Virus record (IMG/VR): IMGVR_UViG_3300032245_001746
Location: 255,858-319,857 of that record
Reading direction: 5' to 3' (one strand)
Length of the DNA stretch: 64,000 bases
In this document: positions 17,342-26,553 of the stretch, piece after piece
Position numbering within the stretch: position 1 is the stretch's first letter
Layout: each line of letters begins with the position of its first letter
Made by a program: the position numbers and the translations under genes
Notes under the pieces: generated by a model
What the model was told of the DNA's origin: nothing
Databases searched by the model: none
The model's input: only the letters and a program-made list of their open reading frames with translations

Positions 17342-17641
17342 TTACCACCAGAAAACGATTTTGTGTGGAATCTTTTTTGTGGGAAGAATGATTTCAAATT
17401 TATCGTATCGAACACGAAACAATTCAACCTCAAAATCCATACTTACAGGATTTACAGGCAAATTTAATGGAGATTCCGTGTTTTTAGCTTTGTATCTTAC
17501 TAATACTCCACGGGGTCCACTGGAGACAGATTCGACTTGATCAATACAATTTTGATCAAATGATCTTCTGAAAGCATCAAGTTTGTCAAAATCTTCTGAT
17601 GTTTTTGCAATAATGCTGATTTTTTCAAAACTCATGTGCAA
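17342..17641 (-). CDS. Hypothetical protein
   Basis: ORF in cassette. Confidence 0.75.
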   Translation of the reverse strand: MHMSFEKISIIAKTSEDFDKLDAFRRSFDQNCIDQVESVSSGPRGVLVRYKAKNTESPLNLPVNPVSMDFEVELFRVRYDKFEIILPTKKIPHKIVFWW

Positions 17642-17674
17642 CTCAGCCTTTTAATTGAGAATCGCCAATTACTG

Positions 17675-17971
17675 TCAATCCATTTTGATTTTTTGAGGGT
17701 TTCCATTTCGGATTGAAAAACGCCATTTTGCGCCAGCCCAAGAAACCACCCAACCTGATTCTGAAATCACTTTACGATTTTCATCGTAAATTTTACCTCC
17801 AATCAAATGTTGTTCCACATAAAGAAAACCCTCTGGATCACATTTTTCATGAAAATTTTCAAGTTGCTTTGCGATTTTTGATAATTGAGATGAAATCTCA
17901 AGTTTTAGTTCAGCAAGTTTTCTTGCTTCAACCAAAGTGGTATAATCATTTGCTTGTGGAAATTTGTTCAT
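17675..17971 (-). CDS. Hypothetical protein
   Basis: ORF in cassette. Confidence 0.75.
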   Translation of the reverse strand: MNKFPQANDYTTLVEARKLAELKLEISSQLSKIAKQLENFHEKCDPEGFLYVEQHLIGGKIYDENRKVISESGWVVSWAGAKWRFSIRNGNPQKIKMD

Positions 17972-18004
17972 TTGTTAGGCTTTCGACAACAAGAGATTGT
18001 ACAA

Positions 18005-18376
18005 TCAAACATTCTTTTCGTCTTGAGGCAAACCCCATGCTCTTTCAATATCAAATTCGTCAAATTGCCAGAGTTCTTCTGGAGAATGTTGCTTTAACAA
18101 TTGATGATTAGCAAAATGACGGTTTTTGATACTAATTGCTGCTCTCAAACCATTTTTCAAGCCTTGCAAATAGGCTTTTTGCCGTTCTTCTTCAATCAAT
18201 TCAAGAATTGTTTTGTTTTGATTGACAGATTCTTCAAATGGTGGTGAAAATCTTGCATCATTCAAATCGAAAAGTCGTGCATTTACAATACTTCCATCAT
18301 GATTTGCAACATGAAATCCATTTTGCTTTTCGAAAGTATCAACAATACGACCCGAACTAATCAGTTTTCTGAACAT
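18005..18376 (-). CDS. Hypothetical protein
   Basis: Start MFRKL; stop in the repeat. Confidence 0.75.
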   Translation of the reverse strand: MFRKLISSGRIVDTFEKQNGFHVANHDGSIVNARLFDLNDARFSPPFEESVNQNKTILELIEEERQKAYLQGLKNGLRAAISIKNRHFANHQLLKQHSPEELWQFDEFDIERAWGLPQDEKNV

Positions 18377-18428
18377 CGTTTTCCCCTTACCAGTTTGAGT
18401 TTGATCCGAACACTGATCAATTGTACAA

Positions 18429-18731
18429 TCAAACTGTAAATCCTGCAAATCTCATCAGATAGATAAATTTACGTTTGATTTTAATCCATAAATAATTCAG
18501 ATTAGATCTGAAATTATTTCTTTGGACCACAGAGAAAGGACTTAATTGAGTTAACACATTTGTTCTCAAGTTAACAGCCCAAAATCGTCCTAGATTTTGA
18601 AATGCATCTCTTGATGATGGAATGTAAAACACTTCACCAACAGAAAGTTGGTTAAGCGTGAAATCAAATCCATGCTTTTTACTGTTTTTTGTGAAAACTT
18701 CATTCAATTTTTGAAGGCTGTTTGATTTCAT
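18429..18731 (-). CDS. Hypothetical protein
   Basis: Start MKSNSL; stop in the repeat. Confidence 0.7.
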   Translation of the reverse strand: MKSNSLQKLNEVFTKNSKKHGFDFTLNQLSVGEVFYIPSSRDAFQNLGRFWAVNLRTNVLTQLSPFSVVQRNNFRSNLNYLWIKIKRKFIYLMRFAGFTV

Positions 18732-18786
18732 CTTGAAATTCCATGAATTGGAAGGTGTTTGTACACAAACATTGTACAATCAAACT

Positions 18787-19104
18787 TTATTTTCGTTCGA
18801 TTTCTACACAATAAATTATCGAACTTCCAGAAGATCCTTGTTCAGAAAACAACCAACCTGCTTTTTCCAACTTTACTTCATTAGCCACATGAAGTTTTTC
18901 TTTCAAATAGATCGTCATTCTTGCATTTTCATCTGCTTTGATATAAAAATCTTTCAAATGAAGAGCAATTTCAGCCAATTGTTCTTCTTCATTTTTCCTT
19001 GTCCGGTTCATGAACCAATTGAATTGTTCATTCGATGACGGAATATTCACCGATTTTTTCATTGTTCGTTGCTCAGAAGTTGTAGAACTTGTTTTCCTGA
19101 CCAT
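18787..19104 (-). CDS. Hypothetical protein
   Basis: AAGGA RBS, MVRKT. Confidence 0.75.
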   Translation of the reverse strand: MVRKTSSTTSEQRTMKKSVNIPSSNEQFNWFMNRTRKNEEEQLAEIALHLKDFYIKADENARMTIYLKEKLHVANEVKLEKAGWLFSEQGSSGSSIIYCVEIERK

Positions 19105-19115
19105 TTTGTTTTCCT

Positions 19116-19328
19116 TCAAACAGAAACCGCAGTTTCTGTAGCATGTGCAACATAAATTGTTGAATTTGGATCTTTTGGATCTTTTGGAAACTGGAAACTC
19201 ATGCCAACTTTAGTGGTTTTTGGATAAAAACCAAACTTGGTCTGAAACTTTTCCGGAGAAAGAGCACAAACTGGAATTCCATTTTCCAATACAACGATAG
19301 CAACTTCGCCTGACATCGTAAGAACCAT
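19116..19328 (-). CDS. Hypothetical protein
   Basis: AAGGA RBS. Confidence 0.75.
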   Translation of the reverse strand: MVLTMSGEVAIVVLENGIPVCALSPEKFQTKFGFYPKTTKVGMSFQFPKDPKDPNSTIYVAHATETAVSV

Positions 19329-19534
19329 GACGATTTTCCTTTGATTTTTTTTGGAAGCTAACCGATGTTGATCAATTGTACAATCAAACTAAAAAAGACA
19401 GATTTCCACGTTGCCCTTCGAAAGATAATTATCTTGATTAGTTACCAATCAAAATAATTATCTTTTCTTCTCACAGCTTCCGTTTCTTTTTAAAGTCGGT
19501 CGCATCTCTGCTTCTATCCAACTTCTGTCTTTTT

Positions 19535-20023
19535 TTAGATCATATTTGCACCAAATTCAGGATATTCAGTACCTCTCATTTCTGAAGGACCGCCATCATA
19601 TTTTGTGTGATGTGGATTTTTCAACAAATGAAATGCAAAATTCCACAACCAATTTCGTTGAAGTTTTGACATTCTTTCATGAAAAGAATGGAATCTTGCA
19701 TAAATGATTCTTTGTGCTTTTTCTTTCAATTCAGCACATTGAACCAACTGAATGTCAAAATGCGTTTTGCCAACAAATTTTCTTAACACACAAACAACTT
19801 GTTGGTCAACATATGTTGCTGGTGCAGCAATGGTTGAATAACCATTTGACAGTAAATCCGAATGTGTTTTTTCTGTGAATTCGACAAAAAAGTCGTAATC
19901 ATTTGGGTTTTTACTTCCAAAGTATCTTGACCCAGTCAGATAAAACAAGACGTTCATCTTATCCAATTCAGCTAATTCAGCTTTAATTGGATCGCACTCA
20001 GCAATTGAGCTTCCACGAATCAT
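19535..20023 (-). CDS. Pol-beta-superfamily nucleotidyltransferase
   Basis: YLTGSRYFG....DYDF (GS-x-DxD) motif. Confidence 0.75.
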   Translation of the reverse strand: MIRGSSIAECDPIKAELAELDKMNVLFYLTGSRYFGSKNPNDYDFFVEFTEKTHSDLLSNGYSTIAAPATYVDQQVVCVLRKFVGKTHFDIQLVQCAELKEKAQRIIYARFHSFHERMSKLQRNWLWNFAFHLLKNPHHTKYDGGPSEMRGTEYPEFGANMI

Positions 20024-20078
20024 CTGAAATTTCCTTGTTTTTTCGCTTTGAATCTCTCGACATCAACACATTGTACAA

Positions 20079-20195
20079 TCAAACTCTGTGAAACCAATCT
20101 TTGATTTTCCAATAACCCGAATGTAAACAAACAAACGGAACGAAAATCAAGAAGAAATAAAAAACCCAACCAGCATGTTTCAAACTTTTAATCAT
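20079..20195 (-). CDS. 38-aa membrane peptide
   Basis: MIKSLKHAGWVFYFFLIFVPF...HRV, TGA in the repeat; below cutoff. Confidence 0.55.
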   Translation of the reverse strand: MIKSLKHAGWVFYFFLIFVPFVCLHSGYWKIKDWFHRV

Positions 20196-20202
20196 AAACC
20201 CT

Positions 20203-20778
20203 CTATTCATAGATTGAAAAGATTGCATTATATGCCTTCATTTCATAGGCAAGTGCATCACTTTCCACCAGAGAATCATTTCCTTCGTTGTAGATCAGAA
20301 AAGAAAGTGTATATTTAATGAATTTTGTGTAATTCTGTCTGCTATGACGATATTCATGTGCTAATGTAACAGCAATGATACCATCAGATTCAGAAAAAAC
20401 AGATTTGTTAACATACAACTTTTTGCTGATAAAGTCGTATTTTGCAAAATACCCCTTATCGTCATTGGTAAATACCAATTCCTTGTTTTCAATCTTTTCC
20501 TTAATCCAAATTGCAATTTTTGGATTAACCTCTTCCAAAATTTGGATAGCATTTTGGAGAGATTCCAGTCTTACCGAATCTGGAGTATTGGTGAAAATAC
20601 TGTATTTGTTTGAAACAATGTGTGGATCAATGTTAATCAAACTTTTGAAGTCATCAATTTCTGAGTCTTTTTTGCAATCAAAAAGAATGAAAGCCAAAAG
20701 ACTCAGACAAATTGTTGCCAACACACTTTTCTTGCAAAAAAATTCAAACATGATTGTTCTCTTCATAAGAGTTTTCAC
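20203..20778 (-). CDS. Putative exported HExxH zinc metallopeptidase
   Basis: N-terminal hydrophobic segment; LAHEYRH ... ESDA. Confidence 0.65.
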   Translation of the reverse strand: MKTLMKRTIMFEFFCKKSVLATICLSLLAFILFDCKKDSEIDDFKSLINIDPHIVSNKYSIFTNTPDSVRLESLQNAIQILEEVNPKIAIWIKEKIENKELVFTNDDKGYFAKYDFISKKLYVNKSVFSESDGIIAVTLAHEYRHSRQNYTKFIKYTLSFLIYNEGNDSLVESDALAYEMKAYNAIFSIYE

Positions 20779-20812
20779 CTTGATTCATATGAAGAGATTG
20801 TACAATCAAACT

Positions 20813-21283
20813 TTAGTTTGTCAAAATTGACTGAATTTCAGGTGCAAACAAATTGGCATTAGTTTCTGGCAAAGTCTCAACAATATGTTTGACAAGCATT
20901 GTTTTTGCTTCTGTCAACATAAGAGACAAATATTCTTGTGTAGCCAGAAAAGAAAAATCGTCTGCAAATCTGTTGAGAAATGCCTGTTTCAGAATTAACG
21001 ATGGAAGCTGATCAGCAATAATGTGTGCAATATTAATCACCAAAATAGGTGAAATAAGCGTGAATTTTGATGATCTTGACCAACTCCAAGTAGCAACACG
21101 ACTGTTCATTCTTGGATTTTTAGTATCCAACATTTCAGTGAATTGATCACATTTTTCATCTCTTGAAATGACAATATATTCAGTTTTCAGAGTGTTTTCT
21201 CCATTATCATGTTGTAAACGCTGTGTTGGAAAAAAATACTTTGAAGTAATTGGTTTCAATGTAAGAAACTCTGAAAGCGTCAT
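20813..21283 (-). CDS. Hypothetical protein
   Basis: Start MTLSEF. Confidence 0.75.
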   Translation of the reverse strand: MTLSEFLTLKPITSKYFFPTQRLQHDNGENTLKTEYIVISRDEKCDQFTEMLDTKNPRMNSRVATWSWSRSSKFTLISPILVINIAHIIADQLPSLILKQAFLNRFADDFSFLATQEYLSLMLTEAKTMLVKHIVETLPETNANLFAPEIQSILTN

Positions 21284-21481
21284 GTTTTTATTCCTAAAAG
21301 AGTTAGTAAAGACACATTGTACAATCAAACTGAATCAAATTCTAAGATTTGTTTGACTCAATAATATCCTGCATTTTTTTGTTGTAAATATCAACTAATT
21401 GTTGATATTCTGTGTTGAAACAATGTTGATTAATTGCGGACGGCATGTTGACCAACACAACCGCCAAACAAATAATAACAA

Positions 21482-21760
21482 TTATTCCATAGATGTGTGT
21501 GAACATGGTTGGTGATCCAAATCAATCGCAGTCAAAATTTTATTCAAGTGAATCCCACAAGAATTGACATATGGTAACACAAAAACTGTGCCAGATTCAC
21601 AATTCAATAACTCTTCTTGCAATTGACTATACCAATTCAGAGTTCTGAATTTATGATCTTCTTTAGAAGCTGATTCCAATTCATCCAAAGCTTCCAACAA
21701 ATTCAGTTCTTTTGAAATTGAAAGATTTTCATCTATCAAAATGAAAAAACGCTTTGTCAT
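21482..21760 (-). CDS. Hypothetical protein
   Basis: ORF on coding strand. Confidence 0.7.
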   Translation of the reverse strand: MTKRFFILIDENLSISKELNLLEALDELESASKEDHKFRTLNWYSQLQEELLNCESGTVFVLPYVNSCGIHLNKILTAIDLDHQPCSHTSME

Positions 21761-21877
21761 GTGAAATCATTTCTTGAAAAAAAAGAATAAAAAACAGTGG
21801 TTCGGAATCGTTTTGTTTTTTACCTAATGTCAATATTATTTTAGACTCAGGTGATTCGTTCCACTGTTTTTAGTTTT

Positions 21878-22183
21878 TCAACGAATAGTTCTCTGAAGAA
21901 AAGTCAAATCAAGTTGATTTCTTTCATTCAATCCAACTGCACGAATCAAATCAATTGTTTGAAAACACAACTTGACCGCTTTGAACACTTCCCAAGGATT
22001 CATACAATTATTCAAAATTTCAACCAACGCATCAGTACGTGGAAGAATCATTCCCATACACACAACAGTTTCACCTGTTTCATCAATAACCATTTTGATC
22101 GCATGATTTCCTGGAAGCTTTTCAATTCCAATCATCGTTCCAAAAATGACATTGTTGTCAGAATCAATGTGAATAATCTGCAC
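21878..22183 (-). CDS. Hypothetical protein
   Basis: AAAGG RBS, GTG start. Confidence 0.7.
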   Translation of the reverse strand: MQIIHIDSDNNVIFGTMIGIEKLPGNHAIKMVIDETGETVVCMGMILPRTDALVEILNNCMNPWEVFKAVKLCFQTIDLIRAVGLNERNQLDLTFLQRTIR

Positions 22184-22243
22184 TTGAATTACCTTTTGTT
22201 GAAAGAATTGTTAGTTCGATGTGAAGGAATTGTACAAGCAAAC

Positions 22244-22477
22244 TCAAAACAAGTTTGTGTAAAAATACTTTGCCAAATTTACACCAGCATATCCCAACAC
22301 TGAACAAAGGAACACAATTACAATCGTTGCAATTACGAAAGCAATTCGATCTTGAATCCAATAATTCTTTGGTTTTTCAAGAAAGATTCTTACCTTATCA
22401 GTTAAAGTAAAAAATGAAGCTGCAATTAACATTCCAATTACAGCATAAAAGAAAATTGAAGTAATCGTGGTCAACAT
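22244..22477 (-). CDS. Two-TM membrane protein
   Basis: AGGAG RBS, MLTTIT. Confidence 0.75.
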   Translation of the reverse strand: MLTTITSIFFYAVIGMLIAASFFTLTDKVRIFLEKPKNYWIQDRIAFVIATIVIVFLCSVLGYAGVNLAKYFYTNLF

Positions 22478-22529
22478 GAAAATCTCCTGAGTTTTGTAAA
22501 CTAACATACACTCATTGTACAATCAAACT

Positions 22530-22808
22530 TCAATCCAGTCTAATTGTATTTCCTTTTAAAAATCCACTTGTTACCGCACCAGTAACAATATGTCCACTTG
22601 GTGATTTTGCCTTGAAACCAGTAGAAAATGTATCGCTTTTTGATTTCATCCAAGGACGCCAACCAGTAATTTCAATTTCAGTGTAACCCTGTTCAGATAA
22701 TACTCTTTTTGTATTATCAGGATCAATTGCACCACCATTTGCAATCAAAATAACAAAAAAGAGTATTATCCCACAAAAGATCATTTCAATCAAACTAATT
22801 CTTTTCAT
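22530..22808 (-). CDS. Membrane-anchored hypothetical protein
   Basis: TM helix then L..QGYT.I.ITGW domain. Confidence 0.75.
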   Translation of the reverse strand: MKRISLIEMIFCGIILFFVILIANGGAIDPDNTKRVLSEQGYTEIEITGWRPWMKSKSDTFSTGFKAKSPSGHIVTGAVTSGFLKGNTIRLD

Positions 22809-22841
22809 TTCACTTTTCCTTTTAAAAACAGACAATCAGAG

Positions 22842-23252
22842 TTAAATGAAAGTTTTCCGAATATTTCCCGTTGATACTTTCCAAGTATAACCCGAATCCT
22901 GACTGTTTTGAGTATCTGAAAATAACTCAAGAATTATTTCGCTCTCATCACATGATTTAATTAACTCTGTTTCAGTTAATAAATCACGAATGGAATTCGT
23001 CTTATTCATTTCATCTTCATCATCCCAACCCATATTTTGCAGGGCTTGACCAAAAATACAACCCTTACAATCTGGTCCAGCCAATTTATTACCATCTATT
23101 GCTGGTCCATTCCAGGAACAAAGAACAACATGGTCAGAAGTGTTATAACGAAAATCAGGGTTTTCGTCTGCCAAACGAACAACTTCTTTTCTCAATTTCT
23201 CAAAAAAATCAAGTTGAGTACCATTACTCAGAATCACTTCTGAAATCTTCAT
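22842..23252 (-). CDS. Family A protein (ENPDF.YN..C...GP..CKGCIFGQALQNMGW..Q..QD.G..W)
   Basis: Paralog motif. Confidence 0.9.
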   Translation of the reverse strand: MKISEVILSNGTQLDFFEKLRKEVVRLADENPDFRYNTSDHVVLCSWNGPAIDGNKLAGPDCKGCIFGQALQNMGWDDEDEMNKTNSIRDLLTETELIKSCDESEIILELFSDTQNSQDSGYTWKVSTGNIRKTFI

Positions 23253-23469
23253 GTTGTATCCTTGTTATTAAGAGTTGGAGTGGAATCAATTATTCCACAC
23301 GTTAATGCTATTTATTCTAAAGTGCGACTCAAAAATGAATGAATAACTACATTTCCACTTTTTCGTGTTTCATAGCAATTCAAACATTCAAATAATCCAA
23401 CACTACATGTTCGAATTAACGTACCAGCCCTTCCATTTCCTGCCTTGCAGGTTTCACACTGATTAAATG

Positions 23470-23916
23470 TCATGGATTTTTACTTGTTTCTTGAAGCAAT
23501 TTTGAAATTCTTTCAATTGCTTTACCCCAGGATGCTCCATTATCCTGATCAACTTGTGTATCCCTAAAAGATACAATCCATTTGTGAGTTCGAGGAGTTA
23601 AAATATCAGCATATTCTGTACACAGTATTTCTGATATATTGTGTCCACAATTCATTTCGTTTTCATCATCCCAACCCATATTTTGCAGGGCTTGACCAAA
23701 AATACAACCCTTACAATCTGGTCCAGCTTGAATTGGTGTCACAGATAAAGATGTTTTCAAAGTTGCTGGACCATTGTAATGGCAAGAAGCAAGCCTTTCA
23801 GAAGTATTATACTGAAAATCAGGATTTTCCGTTCCCAATTTAACTACTTCTACTGCCACTTGCTTTACAAACTCAAGTTCAGAATTGAACTTGGCAATAA
23901 TTTCTTTTAAATTCAT
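23470..23916 (-). CDS. Family A protein
   Basis: Paralog motif. Confidence 0.9.
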   Translation of the reverse strand: MNLKEIIAKFNSELEFVKQVAVEVVKLGTENPDFQYNTSERLASCHYNGPATLKTSLSVTPIQAGPDCKGCIFGQALQNMGWDDENEMNCGHNISEILCTEYADILTPRTHKWIVSFRDTQVDQDNGASWGKAIERISKLLQETSKNP

Positions 23917-23971
23917 GATGTTATCCTTGTGGTTGATGTCACTCTATTGTACAATCAAACTTGATTTGATT

Positions 23972-24151
23972 TTACCACCATTCAGGTATTTCTTGATTTT
24001 TTTGATCTTCTTGATTTACATCAGAAATAACAAAAACTGGTGTTAGATTACCGTTTTGTTTCAATTTGATGTACATGCCTTTTACGATATATTTAATTTC
24101 ACCTTGATACAACAAAACTGTATCACCTGTCTGAAGAATAACGTTTGACAT
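23972..24151 (-). CDS. 59-aa hypothetical protein
   Basis: MSNVILQTGDTV...PEWW; below cutoff. Confidence 0.6.
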   Translation of the reverse strand: MSNVILQTGDTVLLYQGEIKYIVKGMYIKLKQNGNLTPVFVISDVNQEDQKNQEIPEWW

Positions 24152-24242
24152 GATTTTTATCTCAAATGGACTATAACAGAATTGAACTGTTTCTAATCAC
24201 TATTATCGTGATCGTGCTCCGTACACTAATAATCCAGAGTTT

Positions 24243-24497
24243 TCAACCAACCAAATGAATTACCAGCGAAATGATACTGGAAATTGCACAAACAATTGTT
24301 GAAATCCAAAGACCAATAGTAACATAAAACTTCTCGAAACCAATCGAATGCAATTTGTGAGAATTCAACTTATTCAAATCCATCTTGGATACATTTCCAA
24401 AAATAGATCGCACAGCAAAAACATGCCATGCCACAGTTGCAACAAACAAAACCACAGCAGAAACAGCAAAAATAACAAACAAATTCATTGCCGTCAT
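24243..24497 (-). CDS. Two-TM membrane protein
   Basis: Hydrophobic helices. Confidence 0.75.
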   Translation of the reverse strand: MTAMNLFVIFAVSAVVLFVATVAWHVFAVRSIFGNVSKMDLNKLNSHKLHSIGFEKFYVTIGLWISTIVCAISSIISLVIHLVG

Positions 24498-24859
24498 TTT
24501 CTCAACTCCAAAAAGAAATTCAAAACATCAATCGTAAAATAAATGGGTTCATTTTTTTGATCAACACCCGTTGTGTGACCATGAATCCATTTTTCAAATT
24601 GATCAACAAGACCAAATCCATCCAAATAATCAAACAGAAATTTCTGTGTATATCCCAACGCAGTGTTGGGAAGAATATGAATTTGTGATTTGATCCGCTC
24701 AATTGCAGTATCAACAACCAAATATTTCAATTCTTCAAGAGAAATGTTGCCATGAACTGGATGGGTATATGGCTTGTTGTCTCGAAAACAAGCCAATGCA
24801 GCCTGAACTTCTTTCAAAGCTGAAAAGGAAATTGAAGACAATTGTTCTTTTTTGCTCAT
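24494..24859 (-). CDS. Hypothetical protein
   Basis: GGAG RBS, MSKKEQ. Confidence 0.75.
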   Translation of the reverse strand: MSKKEQLSSISFSALKEVQAALACFRDNKPYTHPVHGNISLEELKYLVVDTAIERIKSQIHILPNTALGYTQKFLFDYLDGFGLVDQFEKWIHGHTTGVDQKNEPIYFTIDVLNFFLELRK

Positions 24860-24922
24860 CTTATAACTCCAGAAAAGATTGATATTAACACATTGTACAA
24901 TCAAACTTCATTGTATTAAAAC

Positions 24923-24953
24923 AAAAAAAGAACAGGAAAATTTCCTGTTCTTT
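24923..24953 (-). terminator. Intrinsic terminator
   Basis: AAAGAACAGGAAA/TTTCCTGTTCTTT. Confidence 0.85.
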
Positions 24954-25039
24954 AGCGATTTTTTAATAATTAGTGTTTTACTCGTCATTAACTAGAAAGT
25001 TAATTCTAATTAATACACCGCCAAACGCTCCACACTAAT
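24954..25039 (-). ncRNA. Candidate pseudoknotted RNA motif, copy 2
   Basis: See 8548-8652. Confidence 0.7.
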
Positions 25040-25111
25040 GTTCTACTTTATACTATTGTGAGTATTAAATCCTAATCAATAAGTAGAAAAATGATTAGGT
25101 CAAAAATATGA

Positions 25112-25285
25112 TTAACAGAACAGTTGTTCCATTGCTTTGTCAAATTCTTTTTCTGACATAGAACTCAAAACACCAATTTCAGGTGCCTTAGAAACAAACT
25201 TATTCTGATTTGTCTGCAAATTCGTAATGGTAAATCCACCATTCTCAGATCGAATTCTGTATTTTTTACTTTGAACGTTCATCAT
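25112..25285 (-). CDS. 57-aa hypothetical protein
   Basis: MMNVQSKKYRIRSENGG...; follows promoter 25301. Confidence 0.6.
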   Translation of the reverse strand: MMNVQSKKYRIRSENGGFTITNLQTNQNKFVSKAPEIGVLSSMSEKEFDKAMEQLFC

Positions 25286-25320
25286 TTCTCACAATCCTTC
25301 ATTGTACAATCAAACTTCAT

Positions 25321-25445
25321 GAAGTTGAACAATTAACTAATTACCTAATAAAAGTGGCACAATTCTAATTAAATAAGTTGTACTAGGCAGATATTTTGTA
25401 CCTATTAGGTAATCCACCCTGATAATTAGTTAGTTGCTCAAACTC
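25321..25445 (-). ncRNA. Candidate rod-shaped small RNA
   Basis: ORF-free unit between two repeats; long irregular hairpin. Confidence 0.5.
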
Positions 25446-25491
25446 ACAATTCTCGTATTGTACAATCAAACTTCATTAGAAGTAAATAAAT

Positions 25492-25527
25492 AAAACAGGG
25501 AATAAGAATTCATCATTCCTATTCCCC
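25492..25527 (-). terminator. Probable intrinsic terminator
   Basis: GGGAATA/TATTCCC stem, short U-tract. Confidence 0.55.
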
Positions 25528-25528
25528 G

Positions 25529-25606
25529 AGCGATTTTTTAATACTTAACGTTTTACTCGTACGTTTGTAATAAATACAAACACATCGCTAAACGCTCCAC
25601 GTTAAG
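25529..25606 (-). ncRNA. Candidate pseudoknotted RNA motif, copy 3
   Basis: P1 changed to CTTAACGT/ACGTTAAG (compensatory). Confidence 0.7.
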
Positions 25607-25711
25607 ATAATTGACCCCCAACATCATGGTCAATTGGACTAATTTTATCTGTAATAATTACCTCAAAACAACAACAAAAATTAGTTAAAAACCATTGTTT
25701 TGAGTGATGTA

Positions 25712-26152
25712 TTAAGCCGCTACGGAAACCTCAACCGGCTCAGGAGTCAGCAAATCAATATATGTCTGACCCTTTGCGTCAACGTGCTCAGAAACCATTG
25801 CGAGCAATTTCGCAGTGATATCTACACCACGGGTGAGATCAGAATAAAGATCCACCAATTCCGGCTTTGTACAAGAAGCACGAAGCTTTTCCATAATAAC
25901 TCGGTGAGTCTTATCAACAACTGCCGTTGCTGAATTCTTATTCTTAGAACCCTTCGGACGACCACGACCAGGCTTTTCAGCCTTAATCGGAGTAAGATCC
26001 AAAACAATTCCGTACTCCACAATCTTATCAGCAATATAACTTGCTGACAAATTCGTAGAACGTGCAACCGCATTGATCAACTGCAATTCATCCTTGCAGT
26101 TTTCAAAAGATCGCACTGACAAAATTGCTGCTTCGAGACGTGTCTTTTCCAC
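25712..26152 (-). CDS. AT-hook protein, paralog of 10770-11180
   Basis: KPGRGRPKGSKNKNS; GTG start after GGAG (alternative upstream ATG at 26206). Confidence 0.8.
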   Translation of the reverse strand: MEKTRLEAAILSVRSFENCKDELQLINAVARSTNLSASYIADKIVEYGIVLDLTPIKAEKPGRGRPKGSKNKNSATAVVDKTHRVIMEKLRASCTKPELVDLYSDLTRGVDITAKLLAMVSEHVDAKGQTYIDLLTPEPVEVSVAA

Positions 26153-26337
26153 TGTACTAAACTCCAAAAAAAACTGTTTTTGACTTGTCAACACCGTTGT
26201 TGACATCGTCATATTGTACAACCAAACTTCAAAGCCCTTCTCAACTCTGAGAAGGAAGTCTGGTTTCGACTCTCCTGAGTCTTCTTCACATCACCTCATT
26301 GTACAATCAAACTTCCTGTTAAAGAAGTATGTTTCAA

Positions 26338-26553
26338 TTACAAATATGATTTTACCTTGTGAATTTGTCCAATGGTCTTTTGATCATTAAAATCCATAAT
26401 AATTAACTTATCAGCAGTAACATAAACAGATTTTGCTGATGAAAATGACGCCTTCATATCCTCAATATTGTGAAATACTCCATTGTCTTCTGGACCAATG
26501 AATGTTTCATTGTTTGTCTGGAAAATTACAACATATTTTGTTTGACGATTCAT
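26338..26553 (-). CDS. Hypothetical protein
   Basis: Coupled ORF. Confidence 0.7.
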   Translation of the reverse strand: MNRQTKYVVIFQTNNETFIGPEDNGVFHNIEDMKASFSSAKSVYVTADKLIIMDFNDQKTIGQIHKVKSYL

